Below, one piece after another: positions 47,828 to 61,651 of a stretch of DNA of 64,000 nucleotides (position 1 is its first letter; every line of letters starts with the position of its first letter). A program made the position numbers and the translations under genes. This DNA comes from Takakia lepidozioides (taxonomy: Eukaryota; Plantae; Bryophyta): assembly GCA_030704615.1 (NCBI GenBank), contig CM060733.1:42098001-42162000 (forward strand), given 5' to 3'. The notes beneath the pieces are model-generated. The model did not search any database and was not told where the DNA came from. It saw only the letters and a program-made list of their open reading frames with translations.

Positions 47828-50800
47828 TGAGTGATGAAAGAGAAGCTAGACGCTAGAGATATTCAGCAAAAAGAGAAAGCTATCTGAAAGCTAATTATCC
47901 ATATCTTTGGGAGAGAGGAATAGACATAGGGGAATCATCTGGACCTCTCACACCATTAAGATCAAAGAGTACATCACCCATACCGGAAGAACTAGAGTTG
48001 GATGCCACTCCTTATGTTTCTTTGCAAGAAAGATTAAGGGAATTGGTACGGGAAGAAGATCAATCACGAGGTGAAAGATCTGAGGTACATCCCTGGATAA
48101 AAGATTTGACAGAAATCTTTGATAAGAGTTGGCATGGAACACCAAAAGCAGGAACTTCAGTTTCTGAAGCGGAAGGTGAAGAAGGAGGAGGAGGATGTGG
48201 CAGAGCCAACGGAGAGTTCAGACTCTCCAACACCATTGCAGTTGAGTTACATGAGTGAAGAAGAAACCCAAGGGCAGAACTTGGAGGATGAAAACAAAGA
48301 GAAGAAATTGGAAGAGGAAGAATATGAAGAAGTAGACCCAACAGCTGAGGTTGAGACTACAACCAGGACATCCCAACCCGTTGGACCTAGATCAAGTGGA
48401 GCACTTGGATCACAGGCCAACGAAGGTGTCGGCTCAGCGGGATCAGGCGGGCTGCCTGGATCTGGCTCTGGGGGGACAGGGAGTGTGGGAAGTAGTGCAA
48501 CTGAAGCTAGGAATACTGTGAATATCGTGGGGCCAGAAGCAGGGAGTGCTCAAGGGCCACCACTTGGTGGAAGATCCACCACAACAACAACAGGTCCAGA
48601 AGGACCAGCACCAGCAATGGTGCCAGCACCTATCAGTGGGCAGAAGGTAGGGCCACAGATGGCGTTACAACCAACACGGGCAAAACCACCTTTTCCAATA
48701 TATTCAGGAAAAGGGGATCCCGATGTACACATTAGCCAATTTGAGCACATGTGTATAGTGAACAATGAGAATGGCGATGATGCCAAGATGAGATTGTTTC
48801 CTTGTTCACTTATCAAGAAAGCAAGTGAATGGTATGCAAGATTCCCTGATAATCATTTCCTAACCTGGAATGGCTTGAATACAACATTCCGAAATAGGTT
48901 CAGGATAAGTAAAACTGAGGATGAAGTGTATGGAAGTTTACAACAGTTAAAGCAAAAGAAGCATGAAACTGTTGAGGAGTATATGGAAAAGATGGAATTG
49001 ATGATGAAAAAGCTGGCTGCAGTACCAGCACCAGGGTTACAGAAGACTTGGTTTGTGAGTGGACTAAGACCAGAGTTGCAAAAGAAAGTGGATATGTTAC
49101 CCCATAATACAGTGGAGGAGGCATTTGAAACTGCAAACAGAATTGAGCAATTGGGAATGCTCAGGAGAGAGAAAAGGGATGATGAGGACTCTGAGGATGA
49201 GTCAGATGAAGAAGAAGAGCAAGAACTAAAAAGGAAGAGTAAGAGAAAGGAGAAGTTGAAGAGGGATAACTATGAGAAAAGATTGGAAGAAATCTTGAAG
49301 AAGTATGCCATAGAGGCTGCAACACATTGGAGGAAGGGTGTATGGTGTGCAAAGTGCCAGAATGAAGGCCATACCACCACAGAATGCCACATGAAGGAGA
49401 AACACTGTACTATCTGTAAAATGGATAACCATTCTACTGAGAATTGTTACTACAACAGAAGGACAGTTGCAAGAGAACCTAGGCAAGTAAGGGTGCATCA
49501 GGTGCAGCCCCAGCCAAGAAGAAACAATGATCAGGACCACTATGGTAGGCCAGGTGGTTATAACAATGGCATGGAAGGGAGAGGTAATTCAAGAGGGAAT
49601 TGCCAAGGAAATTCCAGAGGCAACTATCAGGGTAATCCAAGGGGGAATTACCAGCCCGGGAATCAGGATTACAGAAATAATCCAAGAGCAGACCAAGGGC
49701 GAGGACCCAATGGTGAAGAACTGTGTTACTATTGTAATCAGCCAGGACATCGCAAGGCAACCTGTTCATTCTGGATAAGACACCAGAATGAGATGAGAGC
49801 TCCTGTGAATGAGGGCCCAGTGGTGGCAGCTCACATGGTTAGGCCATGTGTTGTACCAGAAGTAAGTACAATGATAGTAACCACAAGCAAAGCCAAACTA
49901 ATACCTCCAGTAGTAGAGGAAGATGATGATAATGAAGGTGGCAGTGATATGCCTGAAGATGATGAGGCTTGGAGAAATGAGAAGGAACTGCACAAGGAAG
50001 TGGTAGATACCATAAGGGAAATGCAGAAGAGTACTGATATTCCGGTGGCAGATTCCTCTGATTCGGATGGAGGAGAAGAAGTGAGTGAGGATGAAAGGAA
50101 GAATAAAGATGCAGACATGCAAAGTAATGAAGAGACTTTGGCTGAAGTAATATGCCAGACCAAAGCAGAGATTACCATTGGACAGCTATTGACTGTGGCA
50201 CCTTATTATAGGCGGCTCAGGGTGTATCAAGCAATCAATCGAATTGCCCAGGAGACAGGAAACACAGACCTGAACAACAAGGTGACCAGTTATAATGTGA
50301 AGCCGGAAGGGCAGTCATGGATTTTGATGATTCTATGCCAGTAATCCAAATGAGAATTGGAAGCACAGAACTAACTGATGTACTGATAGATGGAGGTTCT
50401 GGAGTAAATATCATGACAGACCAATTAAGAAAGAAGCTTGGTCTAAGTAACATGAAACCAGCCCCATTTACAGTAACAATGGCAGATCAAAGAAGTGTAC
50501 AACCATTGGGATTAATAAGAGGAGTTAAGATACAGATACAGAAGATGATCTTTATGATCACAGTAACTGTGTTGAAGATGGATGAAGTCATGGAGACTTA
50601 CTCCTTATTATTGGGACGTCCGTGGCTTAAACAGGCCAGGGTATTCCATGACTGGAATTCTCAGTTACTAACCGTGCATAATGGGATACACGAGATACAA
50701 ATTACCACAAAGAAATCTAGTAGATTACCTGCTACGAGAAGACCTCGAGGAGTTAGAGAGTATGACTGGAGAGGAGGACTGGATGAGGAGCAGGAAGCTA

Positions 50801-53800
50801 CCCTGTTTGCTGCACACCCAGAGTGGGAGCAGGTTGCAGAGATGCGGGTGGAAGGCCTGTTGTTTAAGGGGTATCTGCTGTAGTGTAGTGTCAACAACAC
50901 CGATTGAAGAGGAAACCAGCAGTTACCCATCACATTTCTATGAAGAAAAAGAAGGAGAAATGGAAATCCTAGAGGAACCAGCCACTGTGAGTTTAAAAGA
51001 TGAAGTGGTGACTGGTTGGACAATCACAGCTGATGAGCAAGTGAGGGAAGTGAATGTGGGAACTAAAGTGGAACCGAGGATGGTGAAGGTAGGAGCTGAT
51101 TTGGAGCCAGAATTCTTTGAAGAAGCTAAGAGTTTGTTCATCAAATACAGAGATGTATTTGCTTGGAGCTATGAGGATTTAAAAGGGATACCACCTGAAA
51201 TCTGTCAGCATAAGAGTGAACTGGAACCGGGGTCAGTACCAATCAAGCAGGCAAGGTACAGAATGAATCCCAACTACGCACAGAAGGTTGGAGAAGAGAT
51301 CAAGAAGTTGGCTGAGGCTAAGTTTATATACCCAATAGAGTATACAACTTGGTTGTCACCCATTGTGATAGTTCCCAAGAAGAATGGTAAACTAAGAGTT
51401 TGTGTGAACTACAAGAAGCTGAATGCTTGTACGAAGAAAGATCCTTTCCCTTTGCCATTCACAGAAGCAGTATTAGACACTGTGGCAGGCCATGAGATGT
51501 ACTCATTCATGGATGGCTTCAGTGGTTATAATCAAGTGCAAGTGGCAGAAGGAGACCAAGGAAAAACAGCTTTCATCACAGACTGGGGTGCTTATGCATA
51601 CAAAGTCATGCCCTTTGGACTTTGTAATGCACCAGCGACCTTTCAGAGAGTGATAAGTGAATCTTTTCATCAGTATCTGGATGATTTCATGCAGGTGTTC
51701 TTGGATGATTTCAGTGTGTACAGCTCTAAAAATGAGCACTTGCATAAATTGGAGTTATGTCTAGCCAGATGCAGGATGAGAGGTCTGGGCCTGAATCCAG
51801 AGAAGTGTACTTTCTGTGTGAACTCAGGGGTGCTTCTGGGACACATAGTGTGTAAGAGGGGACTTCTTGTGGATCCCAGGAAAACAGAGGCCATTAAAGC
51901 CTCTCCACCACCAGTGAATGTTAAGAGTCTAAGGAGATTCCTTGGACAAACCAGCTATTACAGAAGATTTGTCAGACCGTATGCACAGATAGCAGCACCA
52001 TTGAGCAAACTTCTGAAGAAAGATGCAGTGTTTGCATGGACATCTGAATGTCAACAGGCTTTTGAGGAACTTACATTGTCAGTAACAACTACACCTGTGC
52101 TGATTAGTCCTCACTGGCAGAAAATATTTCATGTTCACTGTGATGCTTCTGGAGAAGCACTAGGAGCGGTGTTAGCCCAAAATGTAACAGGAAGGATAGA
52201 TTCACCTGTGTACTATGCTAGCCGATTGATGAACAATGCCAAAAAAAATTATAGCACAACAGAAAGAGAAGCATTGGCAATGATCTATGCAGTGAAGAAA
52301 TTCAGGCATTACCTGTTGGGCAAGAAGTTTATGTTTTATGTGGATCACCAGGCTCTGATATACCTGGTAAACAAACCTCTGATAAGCGGAAGAATAGCAA
52401 GATGGTTAATAATCTTGCACGAGTTTGAGTTCGAGGTTGTTTACAAGCCTGGGAGACAGCATCTTGTGGCGGATCACTTGTCAAGGTTATCAACAGGAGA
52501 ACCAGCCACGGGAGTAGATGATCAATTACCAGATACGAGTCTATTTACAGTGGAGGTGCAGGGAAGTGCAGATGACTGGTTAGATTGGCAGTGGCCAATC
52601 TGATACTACCTTGCTCATGGTCAGTGCCCACCAAGTTATGGAAAGGAGTAGAGAAAGAGAATTGCTATCAAGGCTCTACCTTACGCTATGGTAGGGAGCA
52701 GAATGTATAAGCTAGGACCAGATGGAGTGCTGAAGCGATGCTTATACCACCATGAAGTTAATAAAGTTTTGGAGGAAGTTCATAAAGGAGTGGCAGGAGG
52801 TCATTTTGGAGAAGAGACTACCAGCAGGAAAATACTACATGCAGGTTACTGGTGGCCTACTTTGTTCAAAGATGTACACAAGTATTGTCAGAATTGTGAT
52901 GAATGTCAGAGGCTGGGACCTTTGCAGAGATCTGGGAAAATGTCTTTGCATCCTACAATGCCTACGGAACCATTTCAGAAATGGGGACTAGACTTTGTTG
53001 GACCAATTAACCCACCAGCCAAGAATACACAGAACAGGTACATAATTACAGCCACTGATTATACTACGAAGTGGGTGGAAGCTAAAGCTTTGAGGGACGA
53101 CACAGCCAAGTCCACAGCAAGGTTTCTGTATGAGAACATACTTACACGATTTGGCTGTCCCTTGGAATTTATCAGTGATCAAGGACGTCACTTCATTAAT
53201 GAGACCATTGAATTGTTGACTAAAGAGTTCATGATTGTGCATAGGAAGAGTACAATATATTACCCACAGGGTAATGGGCAGGCAGAGGCTACCAACAAAA
53301 TACTATGTACTATCTTGGCTAAGATAGTCAATGCAAACAGAACGGATTGGGATACAAAGCTGCTGACAGCTTTGTGGTCATACAGGACTTCATATAAAGT
53401 CACCACTAAGTATACACCATTCCAATTAGTTTATGGTAAGGAAGCCTTACTTCCAGTGGAATTCCTGTTACCTACCATGAGAACGGAATGGGGAAAGAGA
53501 ATGGAATTGCAAGATTCCATTAAAGTCAGGAAACATGAATTATACCATGTGGAAGAAGTACGTGCTGATGCAGCTGATAATATGACCAAAATTCAGATGA
53601 AGAGGAAGGAACAGTTTGATGAAGGCAAATTAAAGACTTTTAAGACGGGAGATTTGGTTCTATGGTTGCAGAAGAAGGGAAAGATTAAAGCTTCTAAGCT
53701 TAAATCACCATAGAAAGGACCTTATGTCATACAAAAGATGTATGATAACAACACCGCCATGTTACAAACCATTAACAAAGAGATGCTGGGAAGAGTCAAT

Positions 53801-55056
53801 GCTAATAAGTTGAAGGGGTACAGTGGTATCCATGACAAACCATTGCAGCATGATTTGCATGTTGAAACGCAAAAGCAGTCACGGGCTGCGCCAGTGTTAC
53901 CAACGGAGTATGGAGCACTTGTCGCTAGGCCGAGCATATATGACCAGGGCGGGCAGAACAAGCGAGACACAGCCTATCACAGCCCATCAAGGCGCGACAC
54001 AGCCTATCACAGCCCATCACGACGTGACACAGCCTATCACAGCCCATCACGACATGACACAACCTATCACAGCCCAGCACGGCGCAACACAGCCTATCAC
54101 GACCTACCACAGCGTGTCACAACCTATCACAGCTTACCACAGTGCATCACAGCCTATCACAGCTTACCACAATGTATCACAGCCTATCACGGCATACCAC
54201 AGTATGACACAGCCTATCACAGCTTAACACAGCCTACTAGGGTTACACAATCCATAGAATCAGTGACAGGTGGACGCAAGATAACTTCAGTGAAATGGCC
54301 GGCGGAAGAAAGGACGGAAGCCAGTTTACAAAGGGACACGTGGAAGTCAAGGCGCAACACACAGCTGAGAAGGAAGTGCAAGAACGGATGTCATCAAGAA
54401 AGGGGACAAGAATGGCCGTCAAAATACCTAATCAGTGCGTCAAATTGGATGAATGGCGGGCCCATTAATGAATACAAAAAATGGGCAACAGAACAAACGG
54501 CAAGTACAGAAAAGCGAAATTCTTGTCACATGTGTTATCCTAGTGGACAGTCCAGCAGAGAAAGTCCAATAAAGAAAATTAAATCTAAAATCCAGTCACA
54601 GCGGTTACAGCCAATACAAAGCCAGAGAAGGGATCAAGAAATTGGAGGGAAATTAAGCGCAAGAGTCGGCGTCGTTCTGAGTAACAGACGTCTCGACGGG
54701 ACAAACCATCAATGCTATAGCTTTGAAGCTATGGAGGAACTAACAGACTATACACTCGCAATATTACTTACGCAGTGGCATAGGGACGAAACAACAGAGC
54801 GGATCTTTTCTCTTGAGCGATGCTTGCAAGCCCCGCAGGCTTACAAGAAATTACCCATAGCTTTTTGTGGCAACCATACGTTTATGCTTTGTGCACTACA
54901 GGCATTTCTTCAATTGTTACAGCCAAAACATTTATGTGGTCTAGAATGAAGAGAGTGAGAGGAATGGAGGAAATCAGGGTGAAGAGCACCACAATTCTGC
55001 AGAAACAAACGATTGCTACCCCACAGGCGATACAGATACTGAAGGAGCTGAGATTG
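47828..55056 (+). pseudogene. gag-pol: gag-pol of copy 3 plus the start of the extension
   Basis: ORFs 48119 (gag, three Zn knuckles), 50317 (PR), 50681 (RT-RH), 52688 (INT) and 53738; few stops and frameshifts. Confidence 0.95.
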
Positions 55057-58000
55057 TGATGAATGTCAGAGGCTAGGACCTTTGCAGAGATCTGGAAGAA
55101 TGGCCTTGCATCCTACAATGCCTACGGAACCATTTCAGAAATGGGGACTAGACTTTGTTGGACCAATTAATCCACCATCCAAGAATACACGAAACAGGTA
55201 CATAATTACAGCCACTGATTATACTACAAAGTGGGTGGAAGCTAAAGCTTTGAGGGACAACACAGCCAAGTCCACAGCAAGGTTCCTGTACGAGAACATA
55301 CTTACACGATTTGGATGTCCCTTAGAATTTATCAGTGATCAAGGAAGTCACTTCATGAATGAGACCATTGAGTTATTGACTAAAGAGTTTATGATTGTGC
55401 ATAGAAAGAGTACAACATATTACCCACAGGGTAATGGACAGGCAGAGGCTACCAACAAAATACTATGTACTATCTTGGCTAAGATAGTCAATGCAAACAG
55501 AACGGATTGGGATACAAAGCTGCTGACAGCTTTATGGTCATACAGGACTTCGTATAAAGTCACCACAAAGTATACACCATTCCAATTAGTTTATGGTATG
55601 GAAGCCTTACTTCCAGTGGAATTCCTGTTACCTACCATGAGAACGGAGTGGGGAAAAAGAATGGAATTGCAAGACTCCATCAAGGTCAGGAAACATGAAT
55701 TATACCATGTGGAAGAAGTACGTGCTGATGCGGCTGATAATATGACCAGAATTCAGATGAAGCGAAAGGAACAGTTTGATGAAGGCAAATTAAAGACTTT
55801 TAAGACGGGGGATTTGGTTCTATGGTTGCAGAAGAAAGGAAAGATTCAAGCTTCTAAGCTTAAATCACCATGGAAAGGACCTTATGTCATACAAAAGATG
55901 TATGATAACAACACAGCCATGTTACAAACCATTAACAAAGAAATGCTGGGAAGAGTCAATGCAAATAAGTTGAAGGGGTACAGTGGTATCCATGACAAAC
56001 CCCTGCAGCATGATTTGCATGTTGAACCGCAAGAGCAGTCACGGGCTGCACCAGTGTTACGAACGGAGTATGGAATACTTGTCGCTAGGCCCAGTATATA
56101 TGACCGGGGTGGGCAAAACAAACGTGACACAGCCTATCACAGCCCATCACGGCGTGACACAGCCTATCACAGCCCATCACGACGTGACACAGCCAACCAC
56201 TGCCCAGCAAGGCGCAACACAGCCTACCACAGCCCATCACGACGTGACACAGCCAACCACAACCCAGCAAGGCGCAACACAGCCTATCACAACCTACCGC
56301 AGCGTGTCACAGCCTATCACAGCTTACCACAGTGCAACACAGCCTATCACAGCGTAACACAGTATGACACAACCTGTCACAGCTCAACACAGCCTACTAA
56401 AATTACACGATCCATAGAATCAGTGACAAGTGGACACATAAAAACTTCAGGAAAATGGCTGAAGGAAGAAGAAACGGAAATTAATTTAAAAATAGACACG
56501 TGGAGGTCAGGGTGCGACACACAGCAGAGAATGAAGTGCAAGGACAGGTGTCAAAAAGAAAGAGGACAAGAACGGCCGTCAAAAGGGATGAAAGGCGGGC
56601 CCATTAATGAATACGGAAAAAGGGAAACAGAACGAACGGCAAGTACAGAAAAACTGAATTCATGTCGCATGTGTGATCCTAGTGGACTATCCAACAGGGA
56701 AAGTCCATTAAAGAAGATAAAAGTTAAGATCCAGTCACAGCGGATACAGCCAATAGAAAACCAGAGAAATGATCAAGAAAATGGAGGGAAATTGAGCGCA
56801 AGAGGCGGCGTCGTTCTGAGTAACGGGCGTCTCGACAGGACAGGCCATAAATGCTATAACTTGGAAACTATGGAGGAACTAACAGACTATACGCTCGCAA
56901 TATTACTTACGCAATGGCAGAGACACGAAACGAAAGAGCAGAGCTTTTCTCTTGAACAATGCTTGCAAGCCCCGCAGGCTTACAAGAGATTACCCATAGC
57001 TTTCTGCGGCAACCATACGTTTCTGCTTTGTGCACTACAGGCATTCCTGCAGTTGTTACACCCAAAGCAGTTCTGTGAGTCTAAGATGAAGAGAGTGAGA
57101 GGAATGGAGGAAATCAGGGTGAAGAGCACCACAATTCTGCAGAAACAAACGATGGCTACCCCACAGGCGATAAAGATACTGAAGGAGCTGAGATTGGAAG
57201 GATTGCAAAGCATGGATTGGACACTACACCATAGACAGTACATGTTACAATTTTTGCAGAACTTTGAGCCAAAGACAGGAACAACAACGGTGAAGGGAGT
57301 TGAATTAATGATTACTCCCCTATACCTCCAGCAATTGTTTCGATTGCCAGCAGGTCATGTGTATGTGGAGGAACACAGGGAAAGACTGCAAATAGGGGAT
57401 TTATTCCAAGAAGGGAGTTTCTTTAAAACTCAGGGTTATGCTTGTACCAAAGCTGTGTACCCAGGGTTAAAAGACATAGGCCAAGTATTGAACGTTCTGA
57501 TTGCCCTGAAACAGAACCAACAATATTTGAGCAGATCCTTCACAGAGGAAATCCTCAAAGGCTTGAAGGGACAAGAGGTACCATAGGCGGACATAATGTA
57601 CAACGCACTGGTAGAGGAGATGAAAAGATTACAAGGTACTACCGCAAAATCTCCTATCATAGTGTCTGGCCCAATCATTGCTCAAATAATCCTTAGTTCT
57701 GGCATACTTAATGCACAAGAAAGGAAGGAAATGGGAGTGTTTGAGCCAGAAACAACTGCAATGGAAGAGCAAGGCTCTTCACACAGTGAGGGTGGACTAG
57801 CAGCACAACCCGAGACTAAGAGGCAGAGAAGGGGAAAGACTGTAGTGACGGATCCACTGGCTTCACGGATTCCGCATGATAATGTTTCCCAAGCTCATGA
57901 CCAGGAAGGGGCACAGCAGCACAAAAGAATGTTATTACTGGAAGCAGGACCTTCAGAGAGGGAGGAAGAAGTTACTTCTGCATCACAACCAACACAGCCA

Positions 58001-60635
58001 CTTGAACGACTTGTCACAAGGTCACAAGTTATCCATGCAGCTCAACCCAAATAATTGATTTGGAAAGTGAAGGGATAGATATTCCAACTACAGAACAGAT
58101 AGTGGCAGAAATAGAGAAAGGGGACCTTCTCTATGAATATTCTGGTCTGGTCAAGCAGACAGAAATCCCAGAGGTGCAACAGTTGCCCAAGAGAAATCCT
58201 GAGGTACATATAATGCACACACCTGTGTCGGAGGAACCACAGGCGGAAGGCCATGACACTGTAGCACCGGTCATAAATGAAGTAGTTCAGGAAGAAAATC
58301 CGGTGGGACAATGGTCTGAATGGTTAGTGAGACATCATACTGTTGAAGATCAGGAGGAACAGCAGCAACCTCACCATGATGACCCTCAACAGGCAATGCT
58401 GATGAGTTCCATAGGCAGGACACTTAATTTGTTGGGGACTTATGTCAAAACCCATGTTCCAATTACCCAATTGACAGCCTTGAAAGAAGAACTCAGGAAG
58501 GAGTTTGAGGCTCGACTTGCCACTGAGTGTGCAAACAAGGTCGATGAAGAGGTCACTCTCAAGATGAAGCAGGACTTGGCCAATACAGAAATGGCTTTGC
58601 AATTGGCCAAGCAACAATTGATTGAGGCAGGCCTCGCGCAAGACCAGTTGCACGAAGCACATAAGCAACAGCTATACCAAATGCAGGTGCAGCATGAAAG
58701 CAAGTTGCAAGAACTGAATGCACTACATACGGAGTTGCAGACAGTGCATAACAGGATGGCGATACAATGCGCTACATTTACAACTATGCTTGACCAATCA
58801 ACAAAAGAAATAAACAGTCAAGCGGAAAAATGTACGAAGGCAGAAGAAGAGAATGTGGAACATATGAAGCTCATTGTCGATATGAAGAATACAATCTGTC
58901 GCAATGAAGATACTCTCAAGCAATACAGGCAGATGGAAGCTGAGAATGAGAAATACATCGTGGAGTTGCAACAAACCATCGTGGCCAATAGAAATGAAAT
59001 CGCGGTCAGTAACAAGGCTTCGAAAGAAACCAATAATCTACTTGCTGCCTATGCGCAATTGGTTGAGCCACAGGCGAAGCGCATGAAGGCTTTACAACAG
59101 CAGTTGGAATTGTATAAGCTAAGAGAGGAGCAAACTCTCAGGGGAACCACAAGCAGCTTGGTGGATAACAGCCTTATGCAGGTCTGGTTAGCACAAGGGC
59201 CAGTAGAAGGCAAAGCCCCACGGAAGCTCACCCAAAGCGAGATGAATGAGCTTAGACTGCAGGTGCAGAACATTGCCACAACTACTATAGACAATGTAGG
59301 ATAGCAGAGTTACAAGAGGATGTAGACGGACTCCAGACTCAAGTGGAAGACCTCACTTCAAACATCGACCAAAGAGTCTATATCCCTCAGGAACAGCTAA
59401 TGGCTTCTTATTTGCAAGCCAGAACTCTGGCTTTTCAGTCTTCACAGGAGGTGCAGGAGATGCCAATGGTACAGGAACCAGTACCACCACCACCACAACA
59501 GGTCAGTGTACCAGTAGCTGAACCTGTGGTTACTACAACCACACCACAGCCACCACAGCCGGAGGTATGGGGCAATGCAGCTTTTAACCCACCTAAAACT
59601 CCAGCAGCCAGGGAATACAGTAGGGCTATGATTATGCCCTTCAACCAAATTCCCATCATGTTGGATTTGGCTTGGAAAGAATTTAGTCCTCCGCAGTCAT
59701 TCGCACATTACTACCAAATCATGCGTATTTGGCTGCCAGTGGCAACCAGGACTAAAGTTCTTCCAAACAATCGACATATTGAAGATCATCACTTTGCACA
59801 ATACTGGCACGAGGCAGGTACCATGTTGAGGGAATTGGTTGCTTTCCAGGTTGTACATGGACTCATTTATACCAAGACCAAGGAAATAGCAAGTATTGTC
59901 ATGGGGTGCGGGCTATACTACGCTGCTTGTTTTCTGATACGTTACCACATAGAGCAACAAAAGATGCAAGCACGCTTTCAAAGTTACTCCAGTGGAGATC
60001 ATTGGGTATTACCTTCGGTGCCACCTCATATGTACCTATATGACCCAAAAGTTATGATACAGAAGGATTCTCAAATTCGTTCATGGTTTCAAGCAGCCTG
60101 CAACAATTTGTCAACACAGAAATTCGGACTTGATGACATTTTCTATAAGGGACATATCGCATGGAAATACTTGCACGCTGCACCAGTAATTGGTACCCCA
60201 CTCATCTGGACAGACAAGGAGCTCAGTGTCTACACCAATTTTGCTGTTCAACGGTTACACCAGGTTGTAAAATGCAAACTTCCAGACATGGTAGGACAGC
60301 ATTGTATGCCCCAGATGATTCCACAAAAAGTTCGAAAATTAAAACACCTGAGAGGCGATGAGGATTCTGATACAACTGTTTCTTCACAAAATTCTTTTGA
60401 CATGGGAGAAGACTATGCAATTCAGATGGAAGAGAAAAAACAAAGGGGATCTCCTATGCGGAAAGATTACCTCGATATCAACCTCCAGAAGGCCTCACTT
60501 ATCCAGGTAGTGATCAACCATCTCCATCAACCAGAGACAGACCTCGGGCTCGTACACACAGCCCACCACGAAACTCTCAACGTCAACAAGGTGCTCACTC
60601 ACAAAGGTTTGCTACTCGGAAACAGTAAACCGTGA
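55057..60635 (+). pseudogene. Second integrase copy fused in frame to the long extension
   Basis: 834-aa ORF 55082-57586 runs from the integrase core through the repeats into the extension; continues in ORFs 57596, 58060 and 59343. Confidence 0.9.
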
Positions 60636-60666
60636 GGACACGGCTTTTTGAGGGGGGAAGGGGTAA

Positions 60667-61651
60667 TGTTAGAGGACTGTAGGGGACTTAGACACTTATA
60701 CGGGATCTGTAGGGTACCCTTAATTTTTGCACAGACTGAGACAAACAGGAACCTTAGGGGTGACAGCAGCGCACTGTAGAGGGGGGTTACATAGCCCACA
60801 CAGCCGACACAGCAGTCACAGCCCACACAGCCAACACAGCCCGACACAGCCGTCACAGCCCACACAGCCAACACAGCCCGTCACAGTCGTCACAGCCCAC
60901 ACAGCCCACACAGCCCGTCATAGTCGTCACAGCAGACACAGCCCACACAGCCAGTCACAGCCCGGCACAGCCACACAGCCAGTCACAGCCCGACACAGCC
61001 AAACACAGCCAGTCACCGCTTGACACAGCTGTCACGATAATAGGGAACGAAGAGTAGGACAGGGAACGACTGTGGGGAACAACACCAGTGAAGGGAACAT
61101 GTTAGTTCACATACGACGGTTAGAGAGGGAAACGGTTAGAACCGCGGATAGGAGGATAAAGGGAAGAACGGGGAATGATGAGGGGATCATTATTCGGGGA
61201 GGACTTCGGAGACAGGCGGGAGCGGAGATCGGAGAGCACGATGAAGGAGAAAAGAGGATTAGTAGATGCTTGTTATATGCAAAGCTATAGTGATATAGGA
61301 AAGAAGATTAGAGACATAATGGCTTCGGCCTGATACCTGATAAATCATAATCTGATACTTATACGATACAATCACACTGTGTAGAGAGATCTGAGTGAAG
61401 CTGTGGATTGAATGGAGGAGTTAAGGAAACCGATAAATTGATGAAGCAAACTGATACTTAATTATCAATGGTAAGGTAGCTAAGATGAATGCGATAAAAG
61501 GAAACAAATAGGAAACACCCCCATGATACACTAGCTGTAGGTCATGATTGATTGTTCTGCGCGGGCTGAGTACTTAGAGATTTCCAACTCTTCTATCTTG
61601 GAGTTTCCGCCTCGGATAGCGAAGGGATGGGTGAGTAAAAGCCGCGCGACA
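60667..61651 (+). repeat. 3' LTR of Gypsy-A copy 3
   Basis: TGTTAG...GCGCGACA after the PPT; similar to 12469-13565 with a shorter CACAGC array. Confidence 0.9.

Larger units (their letters stand above)
47346..61651 (+). mobile_element. Gypsy-A copy 3 (5' part displaced by chromovirus copy 1; internal 2.2-kb duplication/chimera)
   Basis: Collinear with copy 1; PPT about 60650-60664; LTR 60667-61651. Confidence 0.95.

Noticed and set aside
56870-60635. True envelope glycoprotein
   Set aside because: No evident signal peptide, furin site or clear transmembrane anchor; mostly acidic and coiled-coil
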